DNA from: Capsulimonadales bacterium
Lineage (GTDB): Bacteria > Armatimonadota > Armatimonadia > Armatimonadales > Armatimonadaceae
Assembly (NCBI GenBank): GCA_033762295.1
Contig: JANRLW010000025.1
Span: 1 to 55,499, forward strand
Direction: 5' to 3'
Length of the DNA: 55,499 nucleotides
Shown here: one piece after another, positions 8,317-19,008 of the stretch
Numbering within the stretch: the stretch's first letter is position 1
How the letters are laid out: each line of letters opens with the position of its first letter
Made by a program: the position numbers and the translations under genes
The notes under the pieces: model-generated
Databases searched by the model: none
What the model was told of the DNA's origin: nothing
What the model saw: only the letters and a program-made list of their open reading frames with translations

Positions 8317-10154
8317 AAACATTGAGCGGCAAGGACATCGCCAAACAACCTCCCGTCGATTTTGAGAAGACCGAGGTCTTCCGGACCCCGCCGATCAAAC
8401 CGTCCGGACGTCGCCCGCAGAACCGTCCCACCTTTCTGATTCCGGCGCTGGTCATCGGCGCGACGGCGACCACGATCATTCTGCTGACACAGGGTCGGAA
8501 TTCGCAGCCCGCCGTCACGGTGGTCGAAGCCACCTCGACCGGGACCGTGGGCGCGTCGGTCAGCATGGTCGCCGAAGGGACGATCGCCCCGAAATCCCTG
8601 GCGTACGTCAACGCCCTGCCCAACCTCCGCGACCCGATTACTCGTGTCTATGTCGAAACCGGCGACCGGGTGAAGAAGGGGCAGATACTGGCCGATATCG
8701 ACCCGATGACCCAGCAGGCCGCTCTCGAGAAGGCCGAGGCCGATCTGCGGTCCGCCCGCGCCTCCGCCTCGCTCGTCCGCTCGCCGTATCGCGCCGAACA
8801 GTTACGCCAGGTGCGCGCCCAGCTTCAGCAGGCCCATCAGCAGGTGGCGGAGCAGCAGGCGGCGCTCGACCTTCTGAAGAACGGGGCGGACCCGCGCGAG
8901 GTGGCGGTCGTCGCCGCCGAGGCGGACACCGCCCGTGCCAACCTCAACCAGGCCAAACAGCGTTTCGAAGCCTTCCGAAAACTGGACCCCGGTACACAGC
9001 CGGAGGTGGCGGCGGCCGCGGCGGAGGCGGAAACGGCGCAGGCGCATCTGAGCCAGGCCGAGAAGCGATATACGGCTTTCAAAAAACTTCTGGAAGAGGG
9101 GGCGGTCTCCCGACTCCAGTACGACCAGGCGGAAACCGATGTCGCGGCGGCCCGCGCCGAACTGTCCCGCGCCAGGGAGGCGTTGAACGCCGTTCGCCGA
9201 ACTCTCCAGTTGCAACAGGCACAGTCGGAAACCGACCTGGCAACCGCGAAGTCGGCGCTGAACCAGGTGGAGCAACGATACGCTCTCGTCAAGCGCGGCG
9301 CGCGCGCCGAACTCATCCGCGAAGCGGTCGCGCGTGTCAGCCAGGCGAAAGCCAACGAGGCGGCCGCCGCTCAGGCGCTGGCCCTGCTCGAAGCCGGTTC
9401 CCGGGACGAACAGACGGTTCAGGCAGGTTCCGTGGTCACCCAGGCGGAAGCGGAAGTGCGCTACCGGCGACAAATCATGCGAAACCATGTCCTGCGTTCG
9501 CCGATCGACGGGGTGGTGGCCACCCGGAATATCAACCCCGGCGAGATTCCGGCGGGGGACGGAAACCGAAACTCGGCGGACAGCGCCTTCGCGGTCAACT
9601 CGCAGGCGTTGTTTGTGATCGCCGGAAATGACCGGCCCGAGTTCCAGGCGAATGTGGATCAGCGTTATCTGGGAAGTATTAAAACGGGTCAGGCGGCGAC
9701 CGTGGAGATCGAGTCCCTTCCGGGCAAAAAATTCGCCGGCAAGGTCGTCCGGGTCAACCCGGTGGTGGCTCCGTCCTCTGCGATCGCCAATAACAACAGT
9801 CTGGCACCGCTGACCTTCCCGGTCTGGATACGGATATTGACACCGGATGTGCGCCTGATGCCCGGTCTGACCGGTTTTGCGACTTTGACCGGTAAGCGGT
9901 CCGGCGTGGTTGTCCCGCAGGCGGCGGTCGTGCCGATCTCCTCGGGCCAGGGAGTGGTTTTTGTCGAGAAGGACGGCAAAGTTCAGGCGCGTAACGTTCG
10001 CTTCCGTCAGGGAGGTGCGCAAAAGGCCATTCTCTCCGAGGGTGTGTCGTCCGGAGAACGCGTGGTCGTTTCCGACCCGAAGCGGCTGACCAGCGGCGCG
10101 AAAGTACGGGCGACCCTGACCTCGGCTCGTCCGAGCGGACAGTCCCCGCTCTGA
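8313..10154 (+). CDS. HlyD/MFP-family periplasmic adaptor with very long alpha-helical hairpin
   Basis: N-terminal TM; VETGDRVKKGQILA lipoyl half-motif; LRSPIDGVV; C-terminal VVPQAAV...GERVV. Confidence 0.85.
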   Translation: MKTLSGKDIAKQPPVDFEKTEVFRTPPIKPSGRRPQNRPTFLIPALVIGATATTIILLTQGRNSQPAVTVVEATSTGTVGASVSMVAEGTIAPKSLAYVNALPNLRDPITRVYVETGDRVKKGQILADIDPMTQQAALEKAEADLRSARASASLVRSPYRAEQLRQVRAQLQQAHQQVAEQQAALDLLKNGADPREVAVVAAEADTARANLNQAKQRFEAFRKLDPGTQPEVAAAAAEAETAQAHLSQAEKRYTAFKKLLEEGAVSRLQYDQAETDVAAARAELSRAREALNAVRRTLQLQQAQSETDLATAKSALNQVEQRYALVKRGARAELIREAVARVSQAKANEAAAAQALALLEAGSRDEQTVQAGSVVTQAEAEVRYRRQIMRNHVLRSPIDGVVATRNINPGEIPAGDGNRNSADSAFAVNSQALFVIAGNDRPEFQANVDQRYLGSIKTGQAATVEIESLPGKKFAGKVVRVNPVVAPSSAIANNNSLAPLTFPVWIRILTPDVRLMPGLTGFATLTGKRSGVVVPQAAVVPISSGQGVVFVEKDGKVQARNVRFRQGGAQKAILSEGVSSGERVVVSDPKRLTSGAKVRATLTSARPSGQSPL

Positions 10155-10175
10155 TCGCCGGTCGGGTAGATCGGC

Positions 10176-11504
10176 ATGTTTCGTCCGTGGCGGAGATTGA
10201 TGCTATCCTCTGAAGCGCCGACCGGCGATCGATGGTTCCATACGTTCCTGCTCGCCGCAGGCGTTACCCTTCTGTTCGCCGCCGCCGGACTTCCCTGGTG
10301 GCGGACGATCGACGCGCCGGAACCTCCCTCGGCGTTGCTCGGTCGGGGAGTGGCTCTGCTGCTCGGAGGATCGGTCGCCTATTCGATCCTCCGGCGGAAC
10401 CCTCGAACACGTCTTTCGTACGCCGCCGCCTGGCTGGCCATCCTGCTTCCCGTTCTGCAACAGGTCTATCTCGTCACGACGGACGCTCCGGCCATCTCCG
10501 CAGCGATCGAGCAGACCGCGCAGGCCCGACGGCTCATCGAGTCGCTGGAGGCGACGGATGTCAATCCGCAGGTCGCCTGGACCGAACAGCGGGAGATCCG
10601 GGTGCTGCCCGGTTTCAGCAATGATTACACGCTCGTCGACGCCCTGGAATCCGCGTCCTATTTTCTGCTCCCGGGGTGGTGGCTTTGTATGGTTGCCGGA
10701 ATCCTGCTTGTCGTCACCTTCCATGCGATCGACGCTTCCGCCTGCCGACAGGATCTCCGTGCGTTCCTTCCTGCCGGCGCCGTCCTTCTGGCCGTCTTCG
10801 CGCTCCGTTGTTTCCTGCCGCTGACCGTATCCGGGATCTTTCTTCGTGCGGCACGGCTCGCCGCCGCCGAAGGGGACCCGGACCGGGCTTTGAGCGCCTA
10901 TCGGGAGGCGGCTCGGTGGGACCGTCGCCTGGAGTATCGGGCCTCCTTTTCCATCGAACAGGGGCGTATTCTGGCGAGGGCCGGACGGGCCACCCCCGAG
11001 GCGTGGGCGGTCATCGGGGATGCCCTGATCGCCCAGGGGGATAAGGACCGGGGATTCGATGTCTACCGACTCCTGGCCGTTCCCGGACAAACCGCACCGG
11101 TTCTGCCGTCCCTGTCCCTGCGCTGGTCCTATGTGCTTCAGCATCGCGGCGCGACGGAATACAACGAGGGACGGTTCCGCTCGGCAATCGATCACTGGGA
11201 ACGCGCGGTCGCCCTCGATCCTCGAAATGTCGAACTCCAGTACGCGCTGGGGCTGGGATACGCGCGAGTCCGCGACTATGAAACCGCGGCACGATGGTGG
11301 AAGCGTCTGGCAACCCTCAACGAAAAAGTCGGTATGTTCCGCAGTGATTTCGTCGCCGCCGTCATCTACCGCAAAATGATCACCGCTCGGGCGCACGCGG
11401 GACTCGCCTGGTGCTATTTCAACCTGGGACAGACCGATCTCGCCCTCAAATACGACGCCGCGTCGAAGCAACAGGTCCGGCTTCGAACGGAAGAAACTCG
11501 CTGA
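10176..11504 (+). CDS. Membrane protein with C-terminal TPR repeats
   Basis: About 5 TM segments, then TPR-like AIDHWERAVALDPRNVELQYALGLGY. Confidence 0.75.
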   Translation: MFRPWRRLMLSSEAPTGDRWFHTFLLAAGVTLLFAAAGLPWWRTIDAPEPPSALLGRGVALLLGGSVAYSILRRNPRTRLSYAAAWLAILLPVLQQVYLVTTDAPAISAAIEQTAQARRLIESLEATDVNPQVAWTEQREIRVLPGFSNDYTLVDALESASYFLLPGWWLCMVAGILLVVTFHAIDASACRQDLRAFLPAGAVLLAVFALRCFLPLTVSGIFLRAARLAAAEGDPDRALSAYREAARWDRRLEYRASFSIEQGRILARAGRATPEAWAVIGDALIAQGDKDRGFDVYRLLAVPGQTAPVLPSLSLRWSYVLQHRGATEYNEGRFRSAIDHWERAVALDPRNVELQYALGLGYARVRDYETAARWWKRLATLNEKVGMFRSDFVAAVIYRKMITARAHAGLAWCYFNLGQTDLALKYDAASKQQVRLRTEETR

Positions 11505-11512
11505 TCGCCGAT

Positions 11513-14500
11513 ATGAACGCGCCCAATTTTCGATCCTCAAACCTGATTCCCCTCCCGCCTCGACGGGAAGCCGGAGGCGCACACAGACGGCCACCGCATC
11601 CCCTGCCCGCCGTTCTGACGCTTCTCGCACTCGCGGTCCTGACCTCAATCTTCGTCAACCGGGCTTTGGGACCCGATCGATCCGGAACCTTCCCCTATCC
11701 CTGGACCGCCCGCTGGATCGCTCCTCCGACCACCGGGGAAGCCACCACCTGCTTTCGCAAAACCGTGACGATCACCGGACCGGCGGAAGCCGCCTACATC
11801 GCCGTCAGCGCCGACAATTTCTACCGCCTGCACGTGAACGGTAAACAGGTACGTCCCTTCTACCGGCCGGAGCGGTTCCGTACCTGGATCACGGAACACA
11901 GCCTCTTCAACAGTCTCGGCTATCCCCGAAACGCGGTCCGTGCCCGAATTTACTCGATCGCTCCCCTTCTGAAGCCGGGAAAAAACGTCATCGCCATCAA
12001 AGTACAGTCGGACAAGAAATCCCCTCGCCTTGCCGTTGAAGGACGGATTCTCACGGCGGTCACCGATACGGCAATCCGTTCGGACGCGTCCTGGCGGTGC
12101 CATCCGATCGAGGAGCGGTTTGATGACACGGTCTGGACCGAGGAGCGGTTCCCGGAGCAACGATGGGCCGCAGCCGTTCCTCAGGAACCGGTGACGATTC
12201 CGGTCGATGGCCCGGCGGAGCCGTTCGAACGACGTCTCCGTGGGACGTTCGTCTCTACTCCGGAGGACGAGTCCGGGCGGGACGTCCGCTTCCGCGCCGT
12301 CTTTCAACTGGACCGCAACGCGACCGGAGGTTGGCTCCGTCTTTCGGGCGATACCGACTGCGACCTCTTCCTCGACGGCATTCCGCTGACCAACGCCGCC
12401 TGGAACGGTCGTTACTCCGAGCAGCCGGCCCTTCCGACGACGGACCCCGATTACGCCCCTCTGCCCCGATGGCTCGACACCGATCTGACCCGCGCGTATT
12501 TGCCGCAGATGGCCCGTCCGACGACCGATGTTTTCGCCCTGCAGGGCGCCTTGAAGGCGGGGCGTCATGTCCTGGAAGCGGTCGTTCATCCGCGCCTTCC
12601 CGTAACGCCCGGGCAGGCACAGGCACCACCGATTCTGCACCTGGAAGGAGCGCTGAGCGGCCCCAATCTGGCGGCGGACCTGGGTCCGCTGTCCTGGGAG
12701 TATTGGTCCGGCGCGACCGCCGGGTGGAAGCCGGGCGTTTCCTCCGGAGCGATCGGTCGCCGTTTCGCGGAACGAACGGTCTGGCGATCGCCCGGAATTT
12801 CGGACCCATCCCCGTTTTCCGAACCGGCGGCGATCGCCCTCGGTTCGCTGGAACTGTGGGTTCTGCTGCTGTTGATGCCCTTTCTTTTTCGGCCCCCCAC
12901 GTCGTCCTCGATCGGGATCAGGAGCCTCCGATCCACCTGGCAACGGTGGATTCCGCAGGTAGCGGCCCGCGGGTTCGCTCCCCTGATCCTCCTCCTCGGC
13001 GCCCTTTTCGTCACCGACTTCGTCGCGCCGTTTGCCCCGGATCTCGGGCCGATCCGTCCCGTTCACGCGCAGTATGCCCTCCTGCTGGCCGTCCTGGGAG
13101 GCGTCATCGCCTCGGTCGCGCCCGATCTGACCAAAAAACGGCGTCGTTCCGCACTCACCACGTCCCGGTTCCGGCGGCATCGTTACGCCATCGCTCTGGG
13201 TCTGATTACCCTGACGGCGACCGTTCTCTATACGGTGCATCTGGGTGTGGACGGTCATGTGGCGGACGAGTATGTCTCCATCTATGCCGCCGACAGTGTT
13301 CGGCACTACGGAATTCCGATCTATCCCAATACGGATATCGTTTATACCCGCAGTTCGCTCTACCACTATGTCCTGGCGATTTTCGAACAGATCGGCGGCG
13401 GCGTTCGCAATCCGTTCTCCACCCGACTGCTGGCGGGCCTGTACCAGATCGGGACGATTCTGGTCGCCTACGCACTGGGGGTACGTCTGGCGGGACGGCG
13501 GGCGGGACTGCTTGCCGCTTTATTTGTCGCGTTTTCGCCCTACACCGTGTTCTACGCCCGTTACGCACGGTTCTATTCCCAGTTCCTTTTCTACACGACT
13601 CTGCTGTTCCTGTTTCTGCTGCAGAGCGTTCGCAACCCCAACCATCCCTGGTACCGACCGGCCGCCATCCTGGCGTTCTGCGGCGCATACCTGAGCCAGC
13701 AGTTCGCGCTGGCGACCATCCCCTCCGCCGTCGCGATCGTGCTCCTGTCGGGCCAGATCCATACCTGGTTTCACCGTCGGATGATCCCCTGGTTCGGGGT
13801 CGGTATCCTGACCGTCGTTCTCGATTTCATCGCCTATAAGCGTTATAGCGTTACCCCTCGCCCGTTCATCGACGTGGAAACCGTTCAGCTTCTCGCCCTC
13901 CATACCGACCTTCCGGAGGTTCTGCCCGGAATGCTTTTCCTGGGCACCGAGCGCAGCCAGTCGTTGATCGGAATCCTGTACCTCCTCGGTTTCGTCGCCT
14001 ACGTCCTTCCCTCCATGGTTCGAAGCCGGCGACGCCGTCCGGGTCAGGCCGTTCGATCGCGGTGGGACTGGTTCTCTTACCTGTACCTGGCCTCCGCGCC
14101 GACCATTTTCCTGACCGCCTTGCTGGCGCCTCGGCCGGCGGCGCGCTATATCGAACATACGGCCGCTCTGGCGGCGGTCACGGCGGCCTGTACCGCGGTC
14201 CGCCTCGCCTCCGACCTGCGTCGATGGTGCTGGCGTTGGGGCGAGAATACCGCGCTGGCCCGTTCGATCGTCCCGATCTTCGGCATGACGGTTTTCTCGA
14301 TTTTGCTCCTTACGTTCCGGCCGTGGCGCGTCGTCGCGACCCTTCAACGCAACATCACGATCAATAATACCGATGCCGCCCGGTACATCGCTGCCCACCG
14401 TCGACCCGGAGACGCGGTGATTTTTCGCAGTCCGGAGATCGCCATGGTCGAACTGGGTTCCTGCGAATACGCCTGGCGTCCGAAGCGGGGTTCGATTTTC

Positions 14501-14794
14501 ATGTACCTGGATGAGAACCGAAGGCTCCGGGAGCGGGACTCCGGCGCGGTGATGATCGATAACGTTGACAAAATGCGACGGGCCATGCAGGAGAACGAGC
14601 GACTCTGGCTGGTGATTCCGGCCATTGATGTCATTTCGCCGGGAACGCCGCAGGGCGCGGAGATGGTCGCGTTCGTCAAGGCCAACTTTACTACCGTGCG
14701 GGAGCCGATGGGAGTTCAGCTGCTTCTCTGGGACCGATCCGCCGGTCGATGGCGGGATATTCCGCACCACGGGTACGACGAAATGGGGTTCTGA
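11513..14794 (+). CDS. GT-C (PMT_2/ArnT-like) glycosyltransferase fused to N-terminal alpha-L-rhamnosidase-N-like beta-sandwich domains
   Basis: WI..., FRKT, SADNFYRLHVNG, LKPGKNVIA and SDASWR (rhamnosidase-N type); then ADEYVS (DE motif), AFSPYTVFYARYARFYS and many TMs. ATG 11513 preferred. Confidence 0.8.
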   Translation: MNAPNFRSSNLIPLPPRREAGGAHRRPPHPLPAVLTLLALAVLTSIFVNRALGPDRSGTFPYPWTARWIAPPTTGEATTCFRKTVTITGPAEAAYIAVSADNFYRLHVNGKQVRPFYRPERFRTWITEHSLFNSLGYPRNAVRARIYSIAPLLKPGKNVIAIKVQSDKKSPRLAVEGRILTAVTDTAIRSDASWRCHPIEERFDDTVWTEERFPEQRWAAAVPQEPVTIPVDGPAEPFERRLRGTFVSTPEDESGRDVRFRAVFQLDRNATGGWLRLSGDTDCDLFLDGIPLTNAAWNGRYSEQPALPTTDPDYAPLPRWLDTDLTRAYLPQMARPTTDVFALQGALKAGRHVLEAVVHPRLPVTPGQAQAPPILHLEGALSGPNLAADLGPLSWEYWSGATAGWKPGVSSGAIGRRFAERTVWRSPGISDPSPFSEPAAIALGSLELWVLLLLMPFLFRPPTSSSIGIRSLRSTWQRWIPQVAARGFAPLILLLGALFVTDFVAPFAPDLGPIRPVHAQYALLLAVLGGVIASVAPDLTKKRRRSALTTSRFRRHRYAIALGLITLTATVLYTVHLGVDGHVADEYVSIYAADSVRHYGIPIYPNTDIVYTRSSLYHYVLAIFEQIGGGVRNPFSTRLLAGLYQIGTILVAYALGVRLAGRRAGLLAALFVAFSPYTVFYARYARFYSQFLFYTTLLFLFLLQSVRNPNHPWYRPAAILAFCGAYLSQQFALATIPSAVAIVLLSGQIHTWFHRRMIPWFGVGILTVVLDFIAYKRYSVTPRPFIDVETVQLLALHTDLPEVLPGMLFLGTERSQSLIGILYLLGFVAYVLPSMVRSRRRRPGQAVRSRWDWFSYLYLASAPTIFLTALLAPRPAARYIEHTAALAAVTAACTAVRLASDLRRWCWRWGENTALARSIVPIFGMTVFSILLLTFRPWRVVATLQRNITINNTDAARYIAAHRRPGDAVIFRSPEIAMVELGSCEYAWRPKRGSIFMYLDENRRLRERDSGAVMIDNVDKMRRAMQENERLWLVIPAIDVISPGTPQGAEMVAFVKANFTTVREPMGVQLLLWDRSAGRWRDIPHHGYDEMGF

Positions 14795-15870
14795 TGGTAT
14801 CTTTCGCTCCGAAGCGGTTTGTGCGGTTCCCCTGTCTTCTTTCGTGCCTGGTGGCGGCACTGTCGGCCGGCGTTCGAGCCCAGGAACCTGCGACGACCTC
14901 CTCGCCCGGGAAACCCGCCTCGCTGTTGACGCTTACCCGGAATCGACTTCTGGAGGAGGCTCTGTACTCCGTTCCGCGTCGGCTGGCGAGCGGCATTGCG
15001 GAAAGCGGCGCGGTCAGTGTGAACGACCGCTGGGAGCGGAAGGAGTCGGCGAAATGGTTCATCGAACAGCAGCGGTACGGCGCGGACCTGATTCAGGCAG
15101 GTATCGTCCGCGGTGAGGATTCGCTGATCCGACAGGGGCTTCGGGTTCTGGACTGGGGGTTTGACCGTCAGGGTCCGGACGGCTCTTTCCCGGGGACCGG
15201 CGACCCGTTCCATAGCGTCTCCTTTTTCGTCGAGGCGGCGGCGCGCGGTCTGCTCCTGCTCCGGGAGCAGGACGCCGCCGGCTATGCCGAGGTTCTCCGA
15301 ACCCGTATCCCCCGTGTGGCGGCGGCGGCACACTGGCTGACCCGTCCGGAAGTCGTTGCGGTCGGTCGAACGCATAACGCCCCGTATACCCATCGCCGGT
15401 GGCTGCTCGCGGCGGCCCTCGGACAGACCGCCGCTCTGACCGGAGACGAGGCGCTCGCTACGGCCGCCGGGGAGTATGCCCGGGAGGGTCTCGCCCTCCA
15501 GCGGGAAGACGGAGTGAACCCGGAACGCGGAGGCGCGGATGTCAGCTACCAGGCGGTCGGTCTTCTGCTGGCGGCCCGGTACCACACCGTCTGCCCGGAC
15601 CCGACTCTTCGGCAGAAAATCCGCCGGATGATAAAAAAAGGTCTTCAATGGGAGGCGACGAAGATCGAAAAATCCGGTAAAATTAACATGGAAGGCAGTT
15701 CGCGTACCGGGGTGGAGACAGGACGCTCCGGGGGCCTCAAAAGCGCCGATTATAAAGCCGTCGTTCAGGCATTTGTCCTCGGCGGAGCAATCACCGATAC
15801 CCCCTCCTGCCTGGAGGACGCGCGTCGCATCGCCCGCGCGCGCGATTGGATCAGAACCGGAAAACGCTGA
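14794..15870 (+). CDS. Secreted uncharacterised helical protein (one copy of the DWGF/THRR/GVNPE domain)
   Basis: ATG overlaps the upstream TGA; signal peptide ending VRA-Q; clear paralogy to both halves of 19272..21122. Confidence 0.75.
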   Translation: MVSFAPKRFVRFPCLLSCLVAALSAGVRAQEPATTSSPGKPASLLTLTRNRLLEEALYSVPRRLASGIAESGAVSVNDRWERKESAKWFIEQQRYGADLIQAGIVRGEDSLIRQGLRVLDWGFDRQGPDGSFPGTGDPFHSVSFFVEAAARGLLLLREQDAAGYAEVLRTRIPRVAAAAHWLTRPEVVAVGRTHNAPYTHRRWLLAAALGQTAALTGDEALATAAGEYAREGLALQREDGVNPERGGADVSYQAVGLLLAARYHTVCPDPTLRQKIRRMIKKGLQWEATKIEKSGKINMEGSSRTGVETGRSGGLKSADYKAVVQAFVLGGAITDTPSCLEDARRIARARDWIRTGKR

Positions 15871-16020
15871 CAGGGTCCGTGTCTCGACGGCCCGTCCCGC
15901 CCACAGGGCGCATTCGCTCTACCCGCCCCTGAACCGCACCACGTCATCGGGGCGTTCCGTTTGACACATTGGTAAATTATTCAGTAAAAAATTTCTCCCA
16001 CAGCAGTAAATGGAGGCATC

Positions 16021-18969
16021 ATGGAACCAGAAAGTAACGCCCGCCCTCGGATTCGCCCGCTTCGCCCCCGGCGACAATGGCTGATCCCCGCCTTCGGAAT
16101 GGTCGCCTGTGGAGCGATATTCCTCGCCCGTCCCCTGCCGATTCACCGACCGGCCGTACAGACGGTCGATCCGAATGTCACCACCTACCACAATGACAAT
16201 GCCCGTACCGGTCAGTACCTGGCGGAAAGCGTTCTGACTCCGGCCAATGTCCGTGTGGCGAACTTCGGCAAACTCTTTTCTCGGCCGGTTGACGGACTGA
16301 TCCAGGCGCAGCCGCTGTATGTTTCCGGCGTCAACATACCGGGCAAAGGGGTTCATAACGTCGTTTACGTCGCTACCCAGCACGGCAGCCTCTATGCGTT
16401 CGATGCCGATGACAATTCCGGGGCGAACGCCGAGCCGCTCTGGAAGGTCAGTTTTATCAACCCGGCCGCCGGGATCACGACGGTCGCCTGGCAGGATGTC
16501 GCTATCGATGATATCGTGCCCGAAATCGGAATCACGGGAACGCCGGTTATCGACATGGCGACCGGGACGATCTATCTCGTCGCCAAAACCAAAGAGGTGG
16601 TGAACGGGGGTACGACCTACTATCAGCGTCTCCATGCGCTCGATATCCGTACCGGCCAGCCACGGACCGGAAGTCCGGTCGTGATCGGCGGTTCGGCACC
16701 GGGGACCGGCACGGGCACGGACGGCACGAACGTCAAGTTTTTTTCGCGCTGGCAGAACCAGCGCATGGGCCTCTTACTCTCGAACAATACGGTTCATGTC
16801 GGGTTCGGTTCCCACGGAGATAACGGTACCTATCACGGCTGGATGTTCTCCTATAATGCCTCGACGTTGCAGCGCACCGGCGTTTTCTGCGCCACGCCGA
16901 ACGGTGAGGGCGGCGGCACCTGGCACGGCGGGGCGGCTCCGGCCGTCGATAGCGATGGCAGCCTCTATATGACGACCGGCGACGGCACGTTCGATGCGGC
17001 GTCGGCGGGGGGTCGGAACTACGGCAGCTCGCTTCTGCGATTGAAAACGACCGGCGGCCTGTCGGTTCTCGACCATTTTACCCCCTACAACCAGTCGACC
17101 GTCGACATTCTCGACCAGGACTTCGGCGCCTCCGGCATGGTCCTTCTGCCGGAATCGGTCGGCAGCGCGGCGCATCGACGCCTTCTGGTCACCGGCAGCA
17201 AAGAGGGACGCCTCTTCCTTCTCGACCGTGACAATTTGGGCAAGTTCAATCCGATCGAAGACAGCCAGATCGTTCAGTGGCTACCGGCGACGGCGCTGTA
17301 CGGGTGTCCGGCCTACTACAACGGGCTGGTCTATTTCGCTACCAGTAACCGGCCGATCAAGGCGTTTCGCGTTTCCAACGCCCTGCTGACCGGTTCTCCG
17401 GTCGCGCAGACCCCCACCACGTTCCTCTGGCCGGGAACGGTTCCCTCGATCTCCGCCAACGGACTGGGCGGCGGAACTCCCGTCGATGGGATCGTCTGGG
17501 CGATCGAGAAAGGCATCGGACACGGAGTTCTCCATGCCTACGATGCCATGGACCTGACGAAGGAACTCTATAACAGCGAGCAGGCCGGAAACCGGGACGA
17601 GATCGGCAGTTTCGTCAAGTTTTCGGTACCGATGATCGCGAACGGAAAAGTGTATGTCGGTTCCGGGGATCGCCTGACGGTGTTCGGACACGGGCAGTGG
17701 GTGAGCGCCCCGACCATCGTCCCGTCGGGCGGCGAATCGTCGGGACCGCGGACCATCGAGATCATCAATAACGCCCCAGGTTCCGAGATTCGATACACGG
17801 TCGATGGCAGCGAACCGACCCCCGCTTCCCTGCTCTATAACGGACCGATTTCGCTGACGCAGAGCGCGACCATCAAGGCGCAGGCATACCGAGACGGCTT
17901 CCGGCCGAGCGGAGTGGCGACCGGACACTTCCTGATCGGCGGGTCCGTCGGCACGGGAGACGGGCTGCTGGCCTACTATTTCACGAACAACACGCTGACC
18001 GGAACGCCGACCGTCACCAGGGTGGACCCCACCGTCCACTTTAACTGGCTGGAAGGTACCTCGCCGACGACCGGCATTCCGCCGACCAATTTCAGCGTCC
18101 GCTGGTCAGGGTACATCGAACCCCGTACCTCCGGCCTCTACACCATTTCGATCAACACGGACGACGGCGCCCGCCTCTATATCGACAACCAGGTGGTCAT
18201 CGATTCGTGGATGACCCACCGGGAACTGGAGGAGTCCGTGACGGGTTATCTTACGGCCGGACGCCGTTACCCGATTCGACTCGATTACTACCAGAAGACG
18301 CGCTATGCGGTAGCCCAGTTGCTCTGGTCCGCTCCCGGCCTGCCGAAACAGGCGATTCCGAAAAGCCAGCTTTACTCGGCTCAGGTGTCCGCGTCCCCCG
18401 TCAAACCGACCCTGATCAAGTTCAGTCCGAGCACGGTCCTGGGAACCGCCGGTTCGACGGGTACCGTGGTACTGGATGGCGCCGTGCGGTCGGACACGCC
18501 GATGCAACTGATCAGCGCCAACCCGGCGGCCGGCGTCCCGACGACCTGGACCATTCCGGCCGGCAAGAGTGAGATCACCTTCCCGATCACGACCTCGCCG
18601 GTCTCCGCCCTTACGGCCGGTCGAATTATGGCCACGGTCGAGGGCATCAGCGTCAGCGCCAACATCAATGTCCGTCCGATCGGCGTCAATGCCCTGTCGT
18701 TCCGCCCGAAACCGGTCAAGGGCGGAAGCCAGGCGACGGGAACGATCACGCTCGAAGCGCCCGCGGCTCCGGGAGAGATCACCGTCACGCTGTCCAGCGC
18801 CAACCCCGGCCTGGCCTCTCCGGCGGTCACCTCCGTGACCATTCCGGCCGGTTCCACGACAGGAACGTTCAAGGTGAACACGACGGCGGTCACGACGGCG
18901 ACCTCGGTCACGATGTCGGCGACGACTCCGGGCAAGACCAAAACCGCTCCGTTGAATATCACACCGTAG
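16021..18969 (+). CDS. Secreted PQQ-like beta-propeller + Fn3-associated/chitobiase-C + PA14 + two Ig-like domains
   Basis: VTTYHNDNARTG and AQPLY (propeller); IRYTVDGSEPT; GLLAYYF...RVDPTVHFNW...FSVRWSG...DDGARLYID (PA14); Thr-rich duplicated C-terminal domain. Confidence 0.85.
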   Translation: MEPESNARPRIRPLRPRRQWLIPAFGMVACGAIFLARPLPIHRPAVQTVDPNVTTYHNDNARTGQYLAESVLTPANVRVANFGKLFSRPVDGLIQAQPLYVSGVNIPGKGVHNVVYVATQHGSLYAFDADDNSGANAEPLWKVSFINPAAGITTVAWQDVAIDDIVPEIGITGTPVIDMATGTIYLVAKTKEVVNGGTTYYQRLHALDIRTGQPRTGSPVVIGGSAPGTGTGTDGTNVKFFSRWQNQRMGLLLSNNTVHVGFGSHGDNGTYHGWMFSYNASTLQRTGVFCATPNGEGGGTWHGGAAPAVDSDGSLYMTTGDGTFDAASAGGRNYGSSLLRLKTTGGLSVLDHFTPYNQSTVDILDQDFGASGMVLLPESVGSAAHRRLLVTGSKEGRLFLLDRDNLGKFNPIEDSQIVQWLPATALYGCPAYYNGLVYFATSNRPIKAFRVSNALLTGSPVAQTPTTFLWPGTVPSISANGLGGGTPVDGIVWAIEKGIGHGVLHAYDAMDLTKELYNSEQAGNRDEIGSFVKFSVPMIANGKVYVGSGDRLTVFGHGQWVSAPTIVPSGGESSGPRTIEIINNAPGSEIRYTVDGSEPTPASLLYNGPISLTQSATIKAQAYRDGFRPSGVATGHFLIGGSVGTGDGLLAYYFTNNTLTGTPTVTRVDPTVHFNWLEGTSPTTGIPPTNFSVRWSGYIEPRTSGLYTISINTDDGARLYIDNQVVIDSWMTHRELEESVTGYLTAGRRYPIRLDYYQKTRYAVAQLLWSAPGLPKQAIPKSQLYSAQVSASPVKPTLIKFSPSTVLGTAGSTGTVVLDGAVRSDTPMQLISANPAAGVPTTWTIPAGKSEITFPITTSPVSALTAGRIMATVEGISVSANINVRPIGVNALSFRPKPVKGGSQATGTITLEAPAAPGEITVTLSSANPGLASPAVTSVTIPAGSTTGTFKVNTTAVTTATSVTMSATTPGKTKTAPLNITP

Positions 18970-18977
18970 GACAGACG

Positions 18978-19008
18978 AACGGGTCGGGGACCGTATCCCC
19001 GACCCGTT
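18978..19008 (+). terminator. GC-rich hairpin after the propeller gene
   Basis: AACGGGTCGGGGA-ccgta-TCCCCGACCCGTT, 13-bp perfect stem. Confidence 0.7.
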
